Under the pieces are notes generated by a model that saw only the letters and a list, made by a program, of their open reading frames with translations, was not told the origin of the DNA and ran no database searches. Positions 1 to 12,797 of a stretch of DNA of 64,000 nucleotides are shown one piece after another. The DNA comes from Octopus sinensis (taxonomy: Eukaryota), in contig NC_043007.1 in the NCBI RefSeq assembly GCF_006345805.1, positions 73,966,001 to 74,030,000 on the forward strand, written 5' to 3'. Position numbers and translations under genes: made by a program. Position 1 is the stretch's first letter; each line of letters starts with the position of its first letter.

Positions 1-224
1 GATTTGTTCAACTAAAAAACTTTCAACGAGGTGCCCAAGCAAGGCCACAGTAAAAATGACTGGAACAAGTAAAAGATAAAAGATATCTTGTTGCTAAATC
101 TTTTAATATTGTAGTGTTACTCCTCGATAGATGTAACCCTACCTCTTTTATGTGTTGTGTCCCATCCTTTCATATTGTACTCCATGTCTTGAGCCCTTTT
201 GGCAAATAAAACAAATCATCATCA

Positions 225-300
<76 letters not shown>

Positions 301-310
301 TATCATTATT

Positions 311-646
311 GAGTGAGAGAGCAGTGCATGCCATCAAAGTGAAGCTGGGGTAAAATATACGAAGCTCAGTATACCCATCGTGACTACTTGTCTGATAAAG
401 GTACACAAGGCACATGCATCACAACCATGTGCGCGACTTGGCAATCTCATATCAAGATAAACAGCACATGACCTTGCAGGTGGGGCCCAGTTAGAATTTT
501 CTTTCTGATCGAGTAGCCCATCACGCTCAAAAGGTCTCTGAATAAGGGTTGTTTAAGGATGTTGAACAAAACACCCATGTTTCCAGAGTTGAATTATTCA
601 AACCCCAAAGATTCCCTTTCAACACATGGCTATGATGCTCCCCAAC
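311..646 (-). repeat. Copy of a ~410-bp non-coding interspersed element that ends in (AAT)n
   Basis: Reverse complement of 7274-7690; its 3' end (...ctctctcactc) runs into the (AAT/GAT)n tract at ~215-310. Confidence 0.85.
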
Positions 647-691
<45 letters not shown>

Positions 692-699
692 CATCATTT

Positions 700-1313
700 A
701 TCAAAACTCTCAGCTTATTTATCTGTATATGATGGAAAGTGTTAGTTGGCCACAGCCAACAGAGAATGTAACACTTGTTTACTGATCATGCTTCAAGAAC
801 CCTACGGAGAACTCTTGCAGTTTCCAAACAATGCTGATTTTTGCACGTGTTCCATCTTCACATTTGTACTAACCTTTTTGAGTCGCGTTGGTAGATGAGT
901 GCTGACACTGCCAAGTGTACCCATTACTACTGGTATCACGCCCACTATCTCCATTGCCCACAGCCTGCGTGTTTCCCACTTCAAATCGTCATAGTTGTTC
1001 AATTCTTCTTCTTTCAATTTGATCCTGTTGCCACCAGGACATGCTATGTCGATTATCATGGCATTTTTTTTTGTCAGGTTTCCGATGTCTTCTCAGATGG
1101 TCAAACTGAATCATTGCATTGCACAGGATTTTGTAGTCTTCATTCTCGGTAACTCTTCCTGGGATTTGCTCATATCAGGTCTTTCCTCTTTGTATGCTGT
1201 AATTTTCTCAAAGTTTCCAATGGATCATTCTTACCACATTGTCATATCGTCTTTTGTAATCGCGTTGTACCAATTTCGAGCATTCGCTAACAATGCGCCA
1301 TACCGTTTCACCC
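700..1313 (-). mobile_element. 3' fragment of an R4/Dong-like non-LTR retrotransposon (family C), restriction-like endonuclease region
   Basis: ORF 802-1059(-) IIDIACPGGNRIKLKEEE..YDDLKWETRRLW..VIPVVMGTLG matches the REL-endonuclease C-terminus; ATT-rich tracts on both sides. Confidence 0.8.
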
Positions 1314-1691
1314 TATTATTATCATTATTATCATTGTTCAACCTGTGGTAGCTTCAGGCATATTCCAACTGCATTACCTGCTTCACCACCGTGTTGCTGG
1401 GGTGTGTGCAGCATTCTGTGTTCTCTTTTGTTGTCGGGAGTGTGCAAACTCTTCCCGCTATTGTATTGCATCAGCTTCTATTTTTTTATATGAAGTGTGG
1501 TGCTGTCTTTTGTCGTATTAGTGCTTGTATAGTGTTTTGTGTGTGTAATGCGACGGGTAACCAGCTTGCTGGTGGTAGTTTATTTAATTGGGTATTTGCT
1601 GTATAGGGTGTGCCTTGTGTTTGTGGATTATTTTTCATTGCTTTGTTTAGGTTGTATTATTGTAATATTATTATTGTTGTTATCATTATTA

Positions 1692-2310
1692 AGGCGGCGT
1701 TTTGGCAGAAACGTTAGCACGCCGGGCGAAATGCCTAGCGGTATCTCGTCTGCCGGTACGTTCTGAGTTCAAATTCCGACGAGGTCGACTTTGCCTTTCA
1801 TCCTTTCGGGATCGATCAATAAATACCAGTTACGCACTGGGGTCTATATAATAGTCTTAATCCGTTTGTCTGTCTTTGTTTGTCGTCTCTGTGTTTAGCC
1901 CCTTGTGGGTAGTAAAGAAATAGGTATTTCCCCCGTCTTTACGTTCTGAGTCCAAATTCCGCCGAGGTCGACTTTGCCTTTCATCCTTTCGGGATCGATA
2001 AAATATATATACCAGTGAAACACTGATGTCGATGTAATCTGCCCCTTTCCAACCAAATTTCAGGCTTAGTGCCTCTTGAAGAAAGGATTATTAAGGCAGT
2101 GAGTTGGTAGAATCGTTTGCACGCCAGGTGAAATACACAGCGGTATTTCGTCTGTCTATGTTCTGAGTTCAAATTCCGCTAAGGTCGACTTTGCTTTTCA
2201 TCCTTTCTGGGTCATTAAGATAAATACCACTGAAATGCCAAGTTTGATATAATCGACATACCCACTCTTCAAAATTTTATTCCTTGTGCCTATAGTAGAA
2301 ATTATTATTA
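1692..2310 (+). mobile_element. Three tandem full or partial tRNA-derived SINEs (family S1)
   Basis: Repeated core gttctgagttcaaattccg(c/a)cgaggtcgactttgcctttcatcctttcgg with a B-box-like gagttcaaatt. Other S1 copies at about 3267-3500(-), 6480-6630(-), 7975-8175(-), 11105-11316(-), 15778-15985(+), 34435-34665(-), 35000-35225(+). Confidence 0.85.
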
Positions 2311-2357
2311 CTATAATTATTGAGTGAGAGAGCAGTGAATGCCATCAAAGTGACACA

Positions 2358-2684
2358 AATTTGCATGATAATCGACATAGCATGTCCTGGTGACAGCAAG
2401 ATCAAAGAGAAATAAGAAGAAAAACTGAACAACTATGACGATTTGAAGTGGGAAATACGCAGGCTGTGGGCAATAAAGAGAATAGACGTGATACTAGAGG
2501 TAAATGGTAGACTTGGAAGTGTCAGCATTCAACTACCAACGTGACGTGCAAAAATCAGCGTTGCTTGGAAGTGCAAGAGTTCTCCGCAGGGCTCTTGAAG
2601 CATGATCAGTAAACAAATGTCACTTTGTTGACTGTGGACAGCTGACACTTTCCATCATATCCAGCAAAATAAGCTGAGAATTTA

Positions 2685-2685
<1 letters not shown>
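2358..2685 (+). mobile_element. 3' fragment of R4/Dong-like family C, opposite orientation to 700-1313
   Basis: Shares tgataatcgacatagcatgtcctggtg...aactatgacgatttgaagtgggaa...aaataagctgaga with the minus-strand copy and ends in (AAT)n. Confidence 0.8.
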
Positions 2686-2753
<68 letters not shown>

Positions 2754-2769
2754 GATGATGATGATGATG

Positions 2770-2825
<56 letters not shown>

Positions 2826-2829
2826 GATA

Positions 2830-2864
<35 letters not shown>

Positions 2865-2877
2865 AATAATAATAATA

Positions 2878-2920
<43 letters not shown>

Positions 2921-2932
2921 GTAATAATAATG

Positions 2933-3025
<93 letters not shown>
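2686..3025. repeat. Compound (AAT)n/(GAT)n microsatellite
   Basis: Seen directly; produces the spurious poly-I/N/D ORFs. Confidence 0.97.
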
Positions 3026-3246
3026 GTAAGCGGGATGGGCTACTCAACCTGAAGAAAATTCTAACTGGGCCCCACCTGCAAGGTCATGTACTGTTTATCT
3101 TGATATGAGATCACCATGTCGCGCACATATGGTTGTGATGCATGTGTCTGGTGTACCCTTATCAGACGGTTAGTCATAATGGGTATATTGGGCTTCGTAT
3201 ATTTTACCCCAGTGTCACTTTGATGGCATGCACTGCTCTCTCACTC
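3026..3246 (+). repeat. 5'-truncated copy of the ~410-bp (AAT)n-tailed element
   Basis: Matches the 3' half of 7274-7690; AAT repeats on both sides. Confidence 0.85.
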
Positions 3247-3500
3247 AATAATAGTAATAATAATAATTTGTTTCTTAACTACCCACAAGGGGTTAAACAC
3301 AGAGGGGACAAACAAGGACAGACAAACGGATTAAGTCGATTATATCGATCCCAGTGCGTAACTGGAACTTAATTTATCGACCCCGAAAGGATGAAAGGGA
3401 AAGTCGACCTCGGCGGAATTTGAACTCAGAACGTAACGGCAGACGAAATACGGCTACGCATTTCACCCGGTGTGCTAACGTTTCTGCCAGCTAGCCGCCC

Positions 3501-3571
<71 letters not shown>

Positions 3572-3575
<4 letters not shown>

Positions 3576-6035
3576 GCATGGGAAGACATCACAATAGCAG
3601 ACCTAAGAAAGGCACTCACGAAGGCCCATAATTGGAAATCCCCCCGTAAAGATAGGGTGCCGAATTTCCGGCTCGCATCGCTCCCATGCGCACACAGTAA
3701 GCTAGTTCAGCTGCTCAATGGAATTATGAGAGACCCAAAGAAAACACCTGAATGGTTAGCAAGTGGTATTACTTACCTACTCCCAAAGAATAACGAAACC
3801 AACCTTCCAAAAAACTATCGGCCTATAACCTGTCTATCCACTACGTATAAAATCCTAACATCTATCCTGGCGGAGAAAACATATGCATTCATGGAGAAGA
3901 ACGATATTTTCCCCATTGAACAAAAAGGGTGCCGCCGTGGCTCTTACGGATATTAATCGTATGATCCTTGAGAACTGTCACAACAAGCGCAGAAATCTCA
4001 GCTCCGCATGGATTGACTATAAAAAGGCCTTCGACAGTATACCGCATCCATGGATCTTGAGATCGCTGGACATCTTCAAAATTTCCCCTGTGATTTCAAA
4101 CTTCCTGAAGCACAATATGTCGTTGTGGAATACGAATCTCCAATTATACCACTCTAATGGAGTACTTGCCTCAGAAAATATAAACATCAACTGTGGAATT
4201 TTTCAAGGTGACTCACTTTCACCTTTAATATTCTGCATAGCCCTGATACCCCTTACAAGTGAATTAAACAGAACAGGGTATGGGTATAAAATTGCCAATA
4301 AAAAAATAAGCCATCTATTTTATATGGATGACTTAAAACTCTATGGCAAAGACAATAATGAACTTGAAGGCCTATTGCGCACTGTGAAAGCATTCAGCGA
4401 TGACATCGGGATGGAGTTTGGACTTGAGAAGTGTGCCAAGGCCACTTTCCAGAAAGGGAAAGTGAAGACCACAAATTCAGTCATGTTAGATGTTGACACA
4501 GTCATAAGAGAGCTTGAGCAAGAACAAACATACAAATATTTAGGGATAAATGAAGGCTCTGGTATTCAGCATGCAAGCATGAAAGAGAAGATCAGGAAGG
4601 AATGTTATAGGAGAGTTCGTGCAGTCCTGAAATCTGAACTAAATGCACGTAACAAGGTGTTAGCTATAAATTCCTTAGCAGTTCCAGTTGTTACTTATAG
4701 CTACAATGTGTTGAACTGGAATATGAGTGAAGTAAAGAATATAGATAGGAAAATACGCAAGCTGCTGAGTTGTAATAGGATGCACCACCCAAAGGCAGAC
4801 GTAGATCGCCTTTACCTTCCCAGAGCCCAAGGAGGTCGAGGCCTGATCCAATTTGAACTGGCTTACAAAACAACCGCAATTGGACTGGCCAAATATCTCG
4901 AAATAACGAATGACTGGATGCTAAAGCTCGTGGAAAATCACGAAAGACGAAAGAAGCTTCATTCTATCATAAAGGAAAGCAAAAAATTTGCTATTGATAC
5001 CCAAACTGAACAACCCGAGGGAAGTACGGCAACTATTGTTGCAAAGAAGGTAAAAATAATGGCAACAAAAAAAGCGCGCGAGCAATTGGCTGATAGGTGG
5101 GAGGAGAAACCTCTGCACGGCAAATATGTGGCCCGCAGCAAACAAGCTGATGTTGACCAGAAGCAAACCCATCAGTGGCTACGGAGCTCAGGGCTAAAAG
5201 CAGAGAGCGAAGGTTTTATTCTGGCTGCTCAAGATCAAAGCCTATTAACCCGGAACTACCAGGCCAATGTGATGAAAGATGGAGCAGACCCAAAATGCCG
5301 ATTCTGCAACGACATGATTGAAACAGTGGACCACCTAATCTCTGGATGTAAAGTCTTAGCACCAGTGGAGTATAAATTAAGACATGACAGAGTTGGCCAA
5401 TATCTACACTGGCTAATAAGTCGGCATTACAATATCAAAACTGCCGACAAGTGGTATAATCACCACCCTGAGGCTGTAACTGAAGGAGAAAATGTAACGA
5501 TTCTGTGGGACTTTCCAGTACATACAGACCGAACCATCAAGGCCAATAAACCAGATATTGTTGTGAAAGACCAAAACAATAAAGTTTGCTTATTGATCGA
5601 CATGAGCATCCCCTGTGATCATAATTCTCAGCGAAAGAGTTTGACAAGCTCAGAAAATATAAAGACCTACTCATTGAAATTGAGAAAATGTGGCATCTCA
5701 AGGCGGTTACAATACCAGTGATCGTAGGAGCACTAGGAATGATCAAGAAGGGAACCGAAAATTATATGAGAATGATCCCTGGCTTACCATCCCTGCAAGA
5801 AGTGCAAAAGATTGTTTTAACTGGTACATCACACGTATTGAGAAGAGCATTGTCGATGTGAGAACTGTTGCTGCTCATGTATTTTAATTTAACTTGAAAA
5901 AAAAAATTTTTTTTAATGAACGAACTATTGAGTTTTGTTTAATGGCCTACCAATGTATACTATGAGTTTCTTTGCCCTAGGAGTCGGGAAGACACTCGGC
6001 AAGAAATGGAAGCAAATTTGAAAGAAGAAAAAAAG
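3572..6035 (+). mobile_element. 5'-truncated R4-clade (Dong-like) non-LTR retrotransposon, family A: RT + CCHC + REL endonuclease, frameshifted
   Basis: NYRPITCL, DYKKAFDS, GIFQGDSLSPLIF and HLFYMDDLKLY (RT); CRFCNDMIETVDHLISGC and RHD; KPDIVV..LIDMSIP (REL). Frameshifts near 3950 and 5620. (AAT)n at both ends. Confidence 0.92.
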
Positions 6036-6061
6036 TAATAATAATAATAATAATAATAATG

Positions 6062-6149
<88 letters not shown>

Positions 6150-6639
6150 GTTTTATTGGCCGCAAGAGCTCAAGACATGGAGAACAATATCAATGGACGA
6201 GACAAAACACATAAAAGAGGTGGGATTTACATCGATCGAGGGGAGATACTACAACATTAAAAGATATAACAGGATATCTTTTATCTTTTACTTGTTTCAG
6301 TCATTTGTACTGTGGCCATGCTGAAGTACCGCGTTGAAGGGTTTTTAGTTGAACAAAACGACCCCTGCACTTATTTTTGAAACCTGGTACTTATTCTAAG
6401 CAATTCACTCGGCGTGGTAACGATTCTGCCAAGCTTGCCGCCTAGTTTTTAAAAAACTATATTTCATGGAAAGTTATATTATTTTGGCACAAGGCCAGCA
6501 ATTTCGGGGAGGGGGTAAGTCGATTACATCGATCCTAGTATTCAATTGCTACTCATTTTATCGACCTCGAAATGATGAAAGGTAAAGTCAGCCTCAGTGG
6601 AATTTGAACTCAGAACATAAAGACAGACAAAACGCGTTC

Positions 6640-6815
6640 TATATTTATGAGGAATTATGTACATTATTTAGATTATTTACATTCGACGGATATTTGTCCT
6701 TATCTTGTTTGTTGTTAACATAACGTTTCGGCTGATATACCCTCCAGCCTTCTTCAGGAACCAGGGTATTCATTCCTAAGGTATTTTTCGATGTTATTAT
6801 TATTATTATTATTGT
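6640..6815 (-). repeat. Penelope-like tail fragment with a degenerate hammerhead motif (inverted partner of 6838-7150)
   Basis: Minus strand reads ctgaaga a ggctg gagggtatat cagcc gaa acgt t; reverse-complement match to about 6990-7150. Confidence 0.6.
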
Positions 6816-6837
6816 TGTTGTTGTTGTTAGTCTTCTA

Positions 6838-6917
6838 TGGCGTAGTGGTTAAGAGTGCGGGCTACCAACCCCAAGTTTCCGAGTTCGATTCCAAGCAGTG
6901 ACCTGAAGACTGACATC

Positions 6918-6957
<40 letters not shown>

Positions 6958-7150
6958 GCAGCAGAGCAGCAGCACCAGCACCAGCAACGACAATAATAAC
7001 ATCGAAAAATACTTTAGTAATGAGAACCCAGGTTCGAAATTTTCCCAAGACACCTGAAGAAGGCTGGAGGGTATATCAGCCGAAACAATATGTTAACAAC
7101 AAACAAGATGAAGACAAACATCCGTCGAATGTAAATAATGTAAATAATGT
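6838..7150 (+). mobile_element. SINE with a tRNA-derived head and a hammerhead-bearing tail
   Basis: A box TGGCGTAGTGG (6838-6848), B box GAGTTCGATTCC (6881-6892), an (AAC)n linker, then gacac-CTGAAGA-a-GGCTG..CAGCC-GAAAC (7049-7086). Confidence 0.65.
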
Positions 7151-7212
7151 AGACAAAACGCCGTTAATCATTTTGTCCAGCGTACTAACGATTGAGCCAC
7201 ATTGCCGTCTTA

Positions 7213-7273
<61 letters not shown>

Positions 7274-7690
7274 GTCAGTTGTTTGACCTTAACCAGTTGA
7301 GCATGTCCCTTGGTGGCTGACGATATGTACATCTCTGATCATGAGCAGAAGTAGTGGGAGAGCATCATAGCCATGTGTTGAGAGGAATTCTGGGAGGTTG
7401 GGATAATTCACCTTTGGAAACATGGGTGTTTCGTTCAACATCCTTAAACAACCCTTATTCAGGGACCTCTTGAGCGGGATGGGTTACTCGACCAGAAGAA
7501 AATTCTAACTGGGCCCCACCTGCAAGGTCATGCGCTGTTTATTTTGATAAGAGATCACCATGTCGCACACATATGGTTGTGATGCATGTGCCTGGTGTAC
7601 CCTTATCAGACGGGTAGTCATGATGGGTATACTGGGCTTCGTATATTTTACCCCAGTGTCACTTTGATGGCATGCACTGCTCTCTCACTC
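7274..7690 (+). repeat. Longest copy of the ~410-bp non-coding element, inside an (AAT)n tract
   Basis: (AAT)n at ~7210-7273 and ~7691-7783; further copies at 8602-9008(+), 8262-8370(-) and 2321-2357(-). Confidence 0.85.
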
Positions 7691-7784
<94 letters not shown>

Positions 7785-8601
7785 GTTGTAGTAATCTGTT
7801 GTGGCGAGAATCCTTGACACCCTTGGGAGATTGGCGAATGGACGAGCCGAACTCGTATAAAGCGTAGAGGTCAGTATTAGTTGCAGAGAGCGTTTTGGTA
7901 GTTTCGCGAAGTATGTCGTGTGAACACATCGATTAAACCTCTGCTACCTACCTTTGTATATACCAACCTGTGGCAGGATATAAAATAATCCTTTCCACCT
8001 TAGGCAAAAGGCCTGAAATTTGGGGGAGGGAACTAGTCGATTACATGAACCCCAGTCTTTCACTGGTACTCAGTTTATTGAGTACCAGTGAAACGATGAA
8101 AGGCAAAGTCGACCTCGGCGGAATTTGAACACAGAACGTAGCGGCAGATGAAATACAGCTAAGTACTTCGCCTCTCAATGCCATGATACAATACTATCAG
8201 TAGCTCTCATGACATCTGATCTTAACTGATTGGAAGTGTTATCATGTACATTGTTTTGTCTTGCTCCCCAACTACTTCTGCTCGTAATCAGAGAAGCACA
8301 TATCGTCAGCTACCAAGTGACATTCTCAACTGGTTAAGGTCAAACAACTGACAAGCAAATCTGTAGTATTTATTGGTATAAAGGATAGGCTCTATATATG
8401 TTTGTATGTATGTATGTATGTGTATATATAGTACAAAGTAAGATAGGGGTTATGGGTGTAACCCACTATGGGATATCATTTATCCAATATACTGTTGGTA
8501 AAGTACCCAAATTCTTAATACATAAATGTTTTTAATTGCAATGCAGTTAATTCATTTATTGTATTAAACGGGTGAAGGTTAAGAAATATTTTTACCGTAA
8601 A

Positions 8602-9008
8602 TTTGACCTTAACCAGATGAGCATGTCACTTGGCTGACGATACGTGCATCTCTGATCACGAGCAGAAGTAGTTGGGGAGCATCATAGCCATGGGTCGAGA
8701 GGAATTGTTTGGGGTTTGAATAATTCACCTTGGGAAACATGGGTGTTTCGTTCATCATCCTTAAACAACCCTTATTCAGGACCTTTTGAGTGGGATGAGC
8801 TACTCAACTTGAAGAAAATTCTAACTGGGCCCCACCTGCTAGGTCATGTGCTGTTTATCTTGATATAAGATCGCCATGTCGCGCACATATGGTTGTGATG
8901 CATGTGCCTGGTGTACACTTATCAGACGGGTAGTCATGATGGGTATACTGGGCTTCGTTATAATTGTACCCCAGAGTCACTTTGACGGCATGCGCTGCTC
9001 TCTCACTC
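8602..9008 (+). repeat. Copy of the ~410-bp (AAT)n-tailed element
   Basis: Colinear with 7274-7690; ends ctctctcactc-(AAT)n. Confidence 0.85.
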
Positions 9009-9040
9009 AATAATAATGATAATAATAATAATAATAATAA

Positions 9041-9096
<56 letters not shown>

Positions 9097-10192
9097 GGAC
9101 TGCAAAAATACCTACTTCAGAAGGAAGGAAAACTGATCCAGATAGCAGCAAAACACGAGCAAAACAAAAAACTGTTCTCAGTATTTAAGGAAGCTGACAA
9201 ATACAAACAAGAAATCATACCACCTAATAAACACAAAGAAGAAGAAGAAGATGATGAAGAAACAACAAAAGCTATAAAACAAATGAAATCCAAACTAAAA
9301 ATAGAACAGCAACGAGCCATGATAAAACGATGGCAAGAAAAGCCCCTTCATGGTAAATACTGCACTAAACTAAACGCAAAAGAAATAGACAAAGAAAAAT
9401 CCCAGCAATGGTTGAGAAGCTCAGGACTCAAAGCAGAAACAGAGGGATTTTTAATTGCAGCACAAGACCAAAGCCTCCCCACCAGAAATTACCAAAAACA
9501 TGTAATGAAAAGAAATATTACAAGTAACTGCAGAATATGTGGAGATGGACAAGAAACAATATATCATATTATCTCTAGCTGCCCAGTCCTGGCTAAGAAG
9601 GAATATATTCACAGACATGACAGAGTTGGAACCTACATACATTGGAAGCTATGCCAACATTATGGAATAACAACAGAAAAAAGATGGTATAGGCACACAC
9701 CAGAAAAGGTCACAGAAAACGAGAAAGCAACCATACTCAGGGATATGCCGATACACACAGATAGAGAAATTAAGGCCAACAGACCAGATATAGTTGTCAG
9801 AGATCATGAAGAAAAAAAATGCTTTCTAATTGATGTAACAATACCGGCAGATGACAACGTGTCTCTAAAAGAAATGGAGAAACTCTCAAAATACAAAGAC
9901 CTGGAAATAGAGGTAACCAGAATGTGGAACCTGAAAACAGAAACAATTCCTATCATAGTAGGTGCATTAGGCATGATAAAAAAATATTCAGACAAATACA
10001 TAACAAAAACACCAGGACTTACAAATACATATAACATACAGAAAATTGCACTACTAGGCACTGCACACATCCTACGCAGAACACTTTCCATACAATAACC
10101 ATCAGAGCATCACAACAAATCACAGCACATACCCAAGGCACACAGAGCTGCGCTCGGTAGTGAAGTGAAAGCACGCTATAAAAATAAAACTA

Positions 10193-10195
<3 letters not shown>
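9097..10195 (+). mobile_element. 3' fragment of an R4/Dong-like retrotransposon, family B (CCHC + REL endonuclease)
   Basis: ORF 9283-10098: WLRSSGLKAETEGFLIAAQDQ, CRICGDGQETIYHIISSC, RHD, RPDIVV..LIDVTIP..EKLSKY; (AAT)n on both sides. Confidence 0.9.
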
Positions 10196-10250
<55 letters not shown>

Positions 10251-10254
<4 letters not shown>

Positions 10255-11089
10255 CTGGACTAAACTAAACGCAAAAGAAATAGACAAAGAAAAATCCCAG
10301 CAATGGTTGAGAAGCTCAGGACTCAAAGCAGAAACAGAGGGATTTTTAATTGCAGCACAAGACCAAAGCCTCCTCACCAGAAATTACCAAAAACATTTAA
10401 TGAAAAGAAATATAACAAGTAACTGCAGAATATGTGGAGATTGACAAGAAACAATAAATCATATTATTTCTGGCTGCCCAGTCCTGGCTAAGAAGGAATA
10501 TATTCACAGACATGACAGAGTTGGAACCTACATACATTGGAAGCTATGCCAACATTATGGAATAACAACAGAAAAAAGATGGTATAGGCACACACCAGAA
10601 AAGGTCACAGAAAACGAGAAAACAACCATACTCTGGGATATGCCGATACACACAGATAGAGAAATTAAGGCTAACAGACCAGATATAGTTGTCAGAGATC
10701 ATGAAGGAAAAAAATGCTTTCTAATTGATGTATCAATACCGGCAGATGACAACGTGTCTCTAAAAGAAATGGAGAAACTTTCAAAATACAAAGACCTGGA
10801 AATAGAGGTAACCAGAATGTGGAATCTAAAAACAGAAACAATTTCTATCATAGTAGGTGCATTAGGCATGATAAAAAATATTCAGACAAATACATAACAA
10901 AAACATCAGGACTTACAAACACATATAACATACAGAAAATTGCACTACTAGGCACTGCACACATCCTACGCAGAACACTTTCCATACAATAACCATCAGA
11001 GCATCACAACAAATCACAGCACATACCCATGGCACTCAGAGCTGCGCTCGGTAGTGAAGTGAAAGCACGCTATAAAAATAAAACTACTG
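10251..11089 (+). mobile_element. Second tandem copy of the R4/Dong-like family B 3' fragment
   Basis: Near-identical to 9355-10195, with an in-frame stop and a frameshift; begins directly after the (AAT)n tail of the first copy. Confidence 0.9.
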
Positions 11090-12239
11090 AATGATAATAA
11101 TAATAATTTTAAATTTTGTAACAAGGGCTGTCATTTTGGGGGAGGGGATATGTCGATTACATCGACTCCAGTCTTCAACTGGTACTTAATTTATCGACCC
11201 CGAAAGATGAAAGGCAAAATCGACCTCGGCAGAAATTGAACTCAGAACGTAGCCACGGACGAAATACTGCTAAGCAGTTAGCTCGGCGTGCTAACGTGTC
11301 TGCCAGCTCGCCGCCTTAATAACAACAACAATATAATAATCTGGAATGAGAAACTCCTCTATCAGCTTCTCTAGCATAGAATTCTTGGCATTTACGAGCT
11401 CCAATCACAGAACTACCAGAAATCACTGCTTTTCTTTGCTTCTCTGTCTCTTTATCTTTCAGGAATCCCCGTGTTTCAGAGGTCTCACCAGCCACGTAGC
11501 CAGCCGATTGCAACTGGGAGTGCTATCCTGATAGCTGGGGGTGCTGAACAGAGGTACGGACACAAGCCCCTACTTAAAGTGTGAACGTGGACAAAAGCCC
11601 CATGCATATATTTTTCAGTTAATTTTTTAATTTTTTTTTTTTTTTTTTTCACATTTCTTGACGCCTAGCCTGGTCAAAACTTGATATATTTCGTTTTATT
11701 TTCATTTTACTTGTTGCAGTCAGTAAACTGAGGCCATGCTGGGGCATCACTTCGAAGAATTTTTTGTCGAATGTATCGACTCCAATATTTTTTTAATGAT
11801 TTTCAATAAGCACATAGTTAAGCCTAAAACGTCATTCAACATGCTAGAGATAACAGCCAAATCTTTAAACATTATTTTTATAAATTTCAAATAAACAAAA
11901 ATGGAAACCGCGGTTGTAAAAACAAAACAAAACACATACTTTAACTATGGAGTGGGGTTTGTTTGAGGGGCTCTTTTCCTAAGGGTCTTTTGACCAGCTC
12001 TAATTTACCTACGTTTTCATATCACTAACTACTAAATCAAAAGAAATTCAATTTATTGCATCTTTAACGACTTCAGATATTGCTTATGAGAAAAAAGAAG
12101 GCGGAGACAATGTAATTCAAAAGTGGATAAAACAAATTCTCATATAGGGGTGGGGTGGGGGTGAGGGTTGAGATTCTAACTGGGGGTGCTGAGCACCCCA
12201 TAGCCCGCCCGTGACTACGTGCCTGGGTCTCACCTATCT

Positions 12240-12660
12240 GTATGCTTAGAAGGAACTTTGTCAGCCATCGGGACAACACATGATAATGTTTTCCCTTTAA
12301 CACTTAGTAAATGAGAGCGTCTTGAAATGCTCAATCTTAACAATTTTCCTCCCTAGGAATCCAAGCATCTTCAGTACATCTTCACTAGTTGGGGACACTT
12401 CTGTCCCCCAAATCAGTTTCAGAATCATCCATAGTTGCAAAAGGAGTCTCAGACATCATTTATAAGCATTATACGATACCTTGCTGGGCCCAGAAGTAGA
12501 CGCTGGTCTTGCTGCCTTAACAACTTCTCACTCGGTTCGTTTATGCCGAACCCAAATTGTTGGTAGTACTGGATTTATCAGGATTTTGTCTTTGCCAAAA
12601 CAGGATTGCCCAGGATGTTGCCACAGTTAAATGTCTTTTTCTTAACCCTTGCCTTCCTTC
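12240..12660 (-). mobile_element. Decayed HERO/NeSL-like non-LTR retrotransposon, RT N-terminal region
   Basis: Minus-strand translation EVVKAARPASTSGPSKVSYNAYK*CLRLL..KIEHFKTLS resembles the SAPGP..Y / FRTISL RT-domain 0-1 motifs. Confidence 0.55.
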
Positions 12661-12797
12661 GTCTTTTGCATCTTTCTGCTTTGCGAAGACTATGAGATCG
12701 TACAGGTGATTAATGTATAATTACTCCCTCTAAACGTAAAATCTACTAACAATAAGCAAAGGCGTAGGAGTGGTTGTGTGGTAAGTAACTTGTTTAC

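Noticed and set aside
2682-3108. Long poly-I/L/N/D ORFs, and the many MYVC/HTYI/YIYI ORFs across 27-60 kb
   Set aside because: Translations of (AAT)n, (ATGT)n and (TA)n microsatellites; no coding signal.
6838-6905. Functional tRNA gene
   Set aside because: A/B boxes are present but acceptor and anticodon stems do not pair, and it continues into repeat sequence; it is a SINE head.
7586-7867. Recurrent MCLVYPYQT... peptide ORFs (also at 170-415, 3142-3372, ~8900)
   Set aside because: They recur only because they lie in the same ~410-bp repeat; lengths and frames are not conserved.
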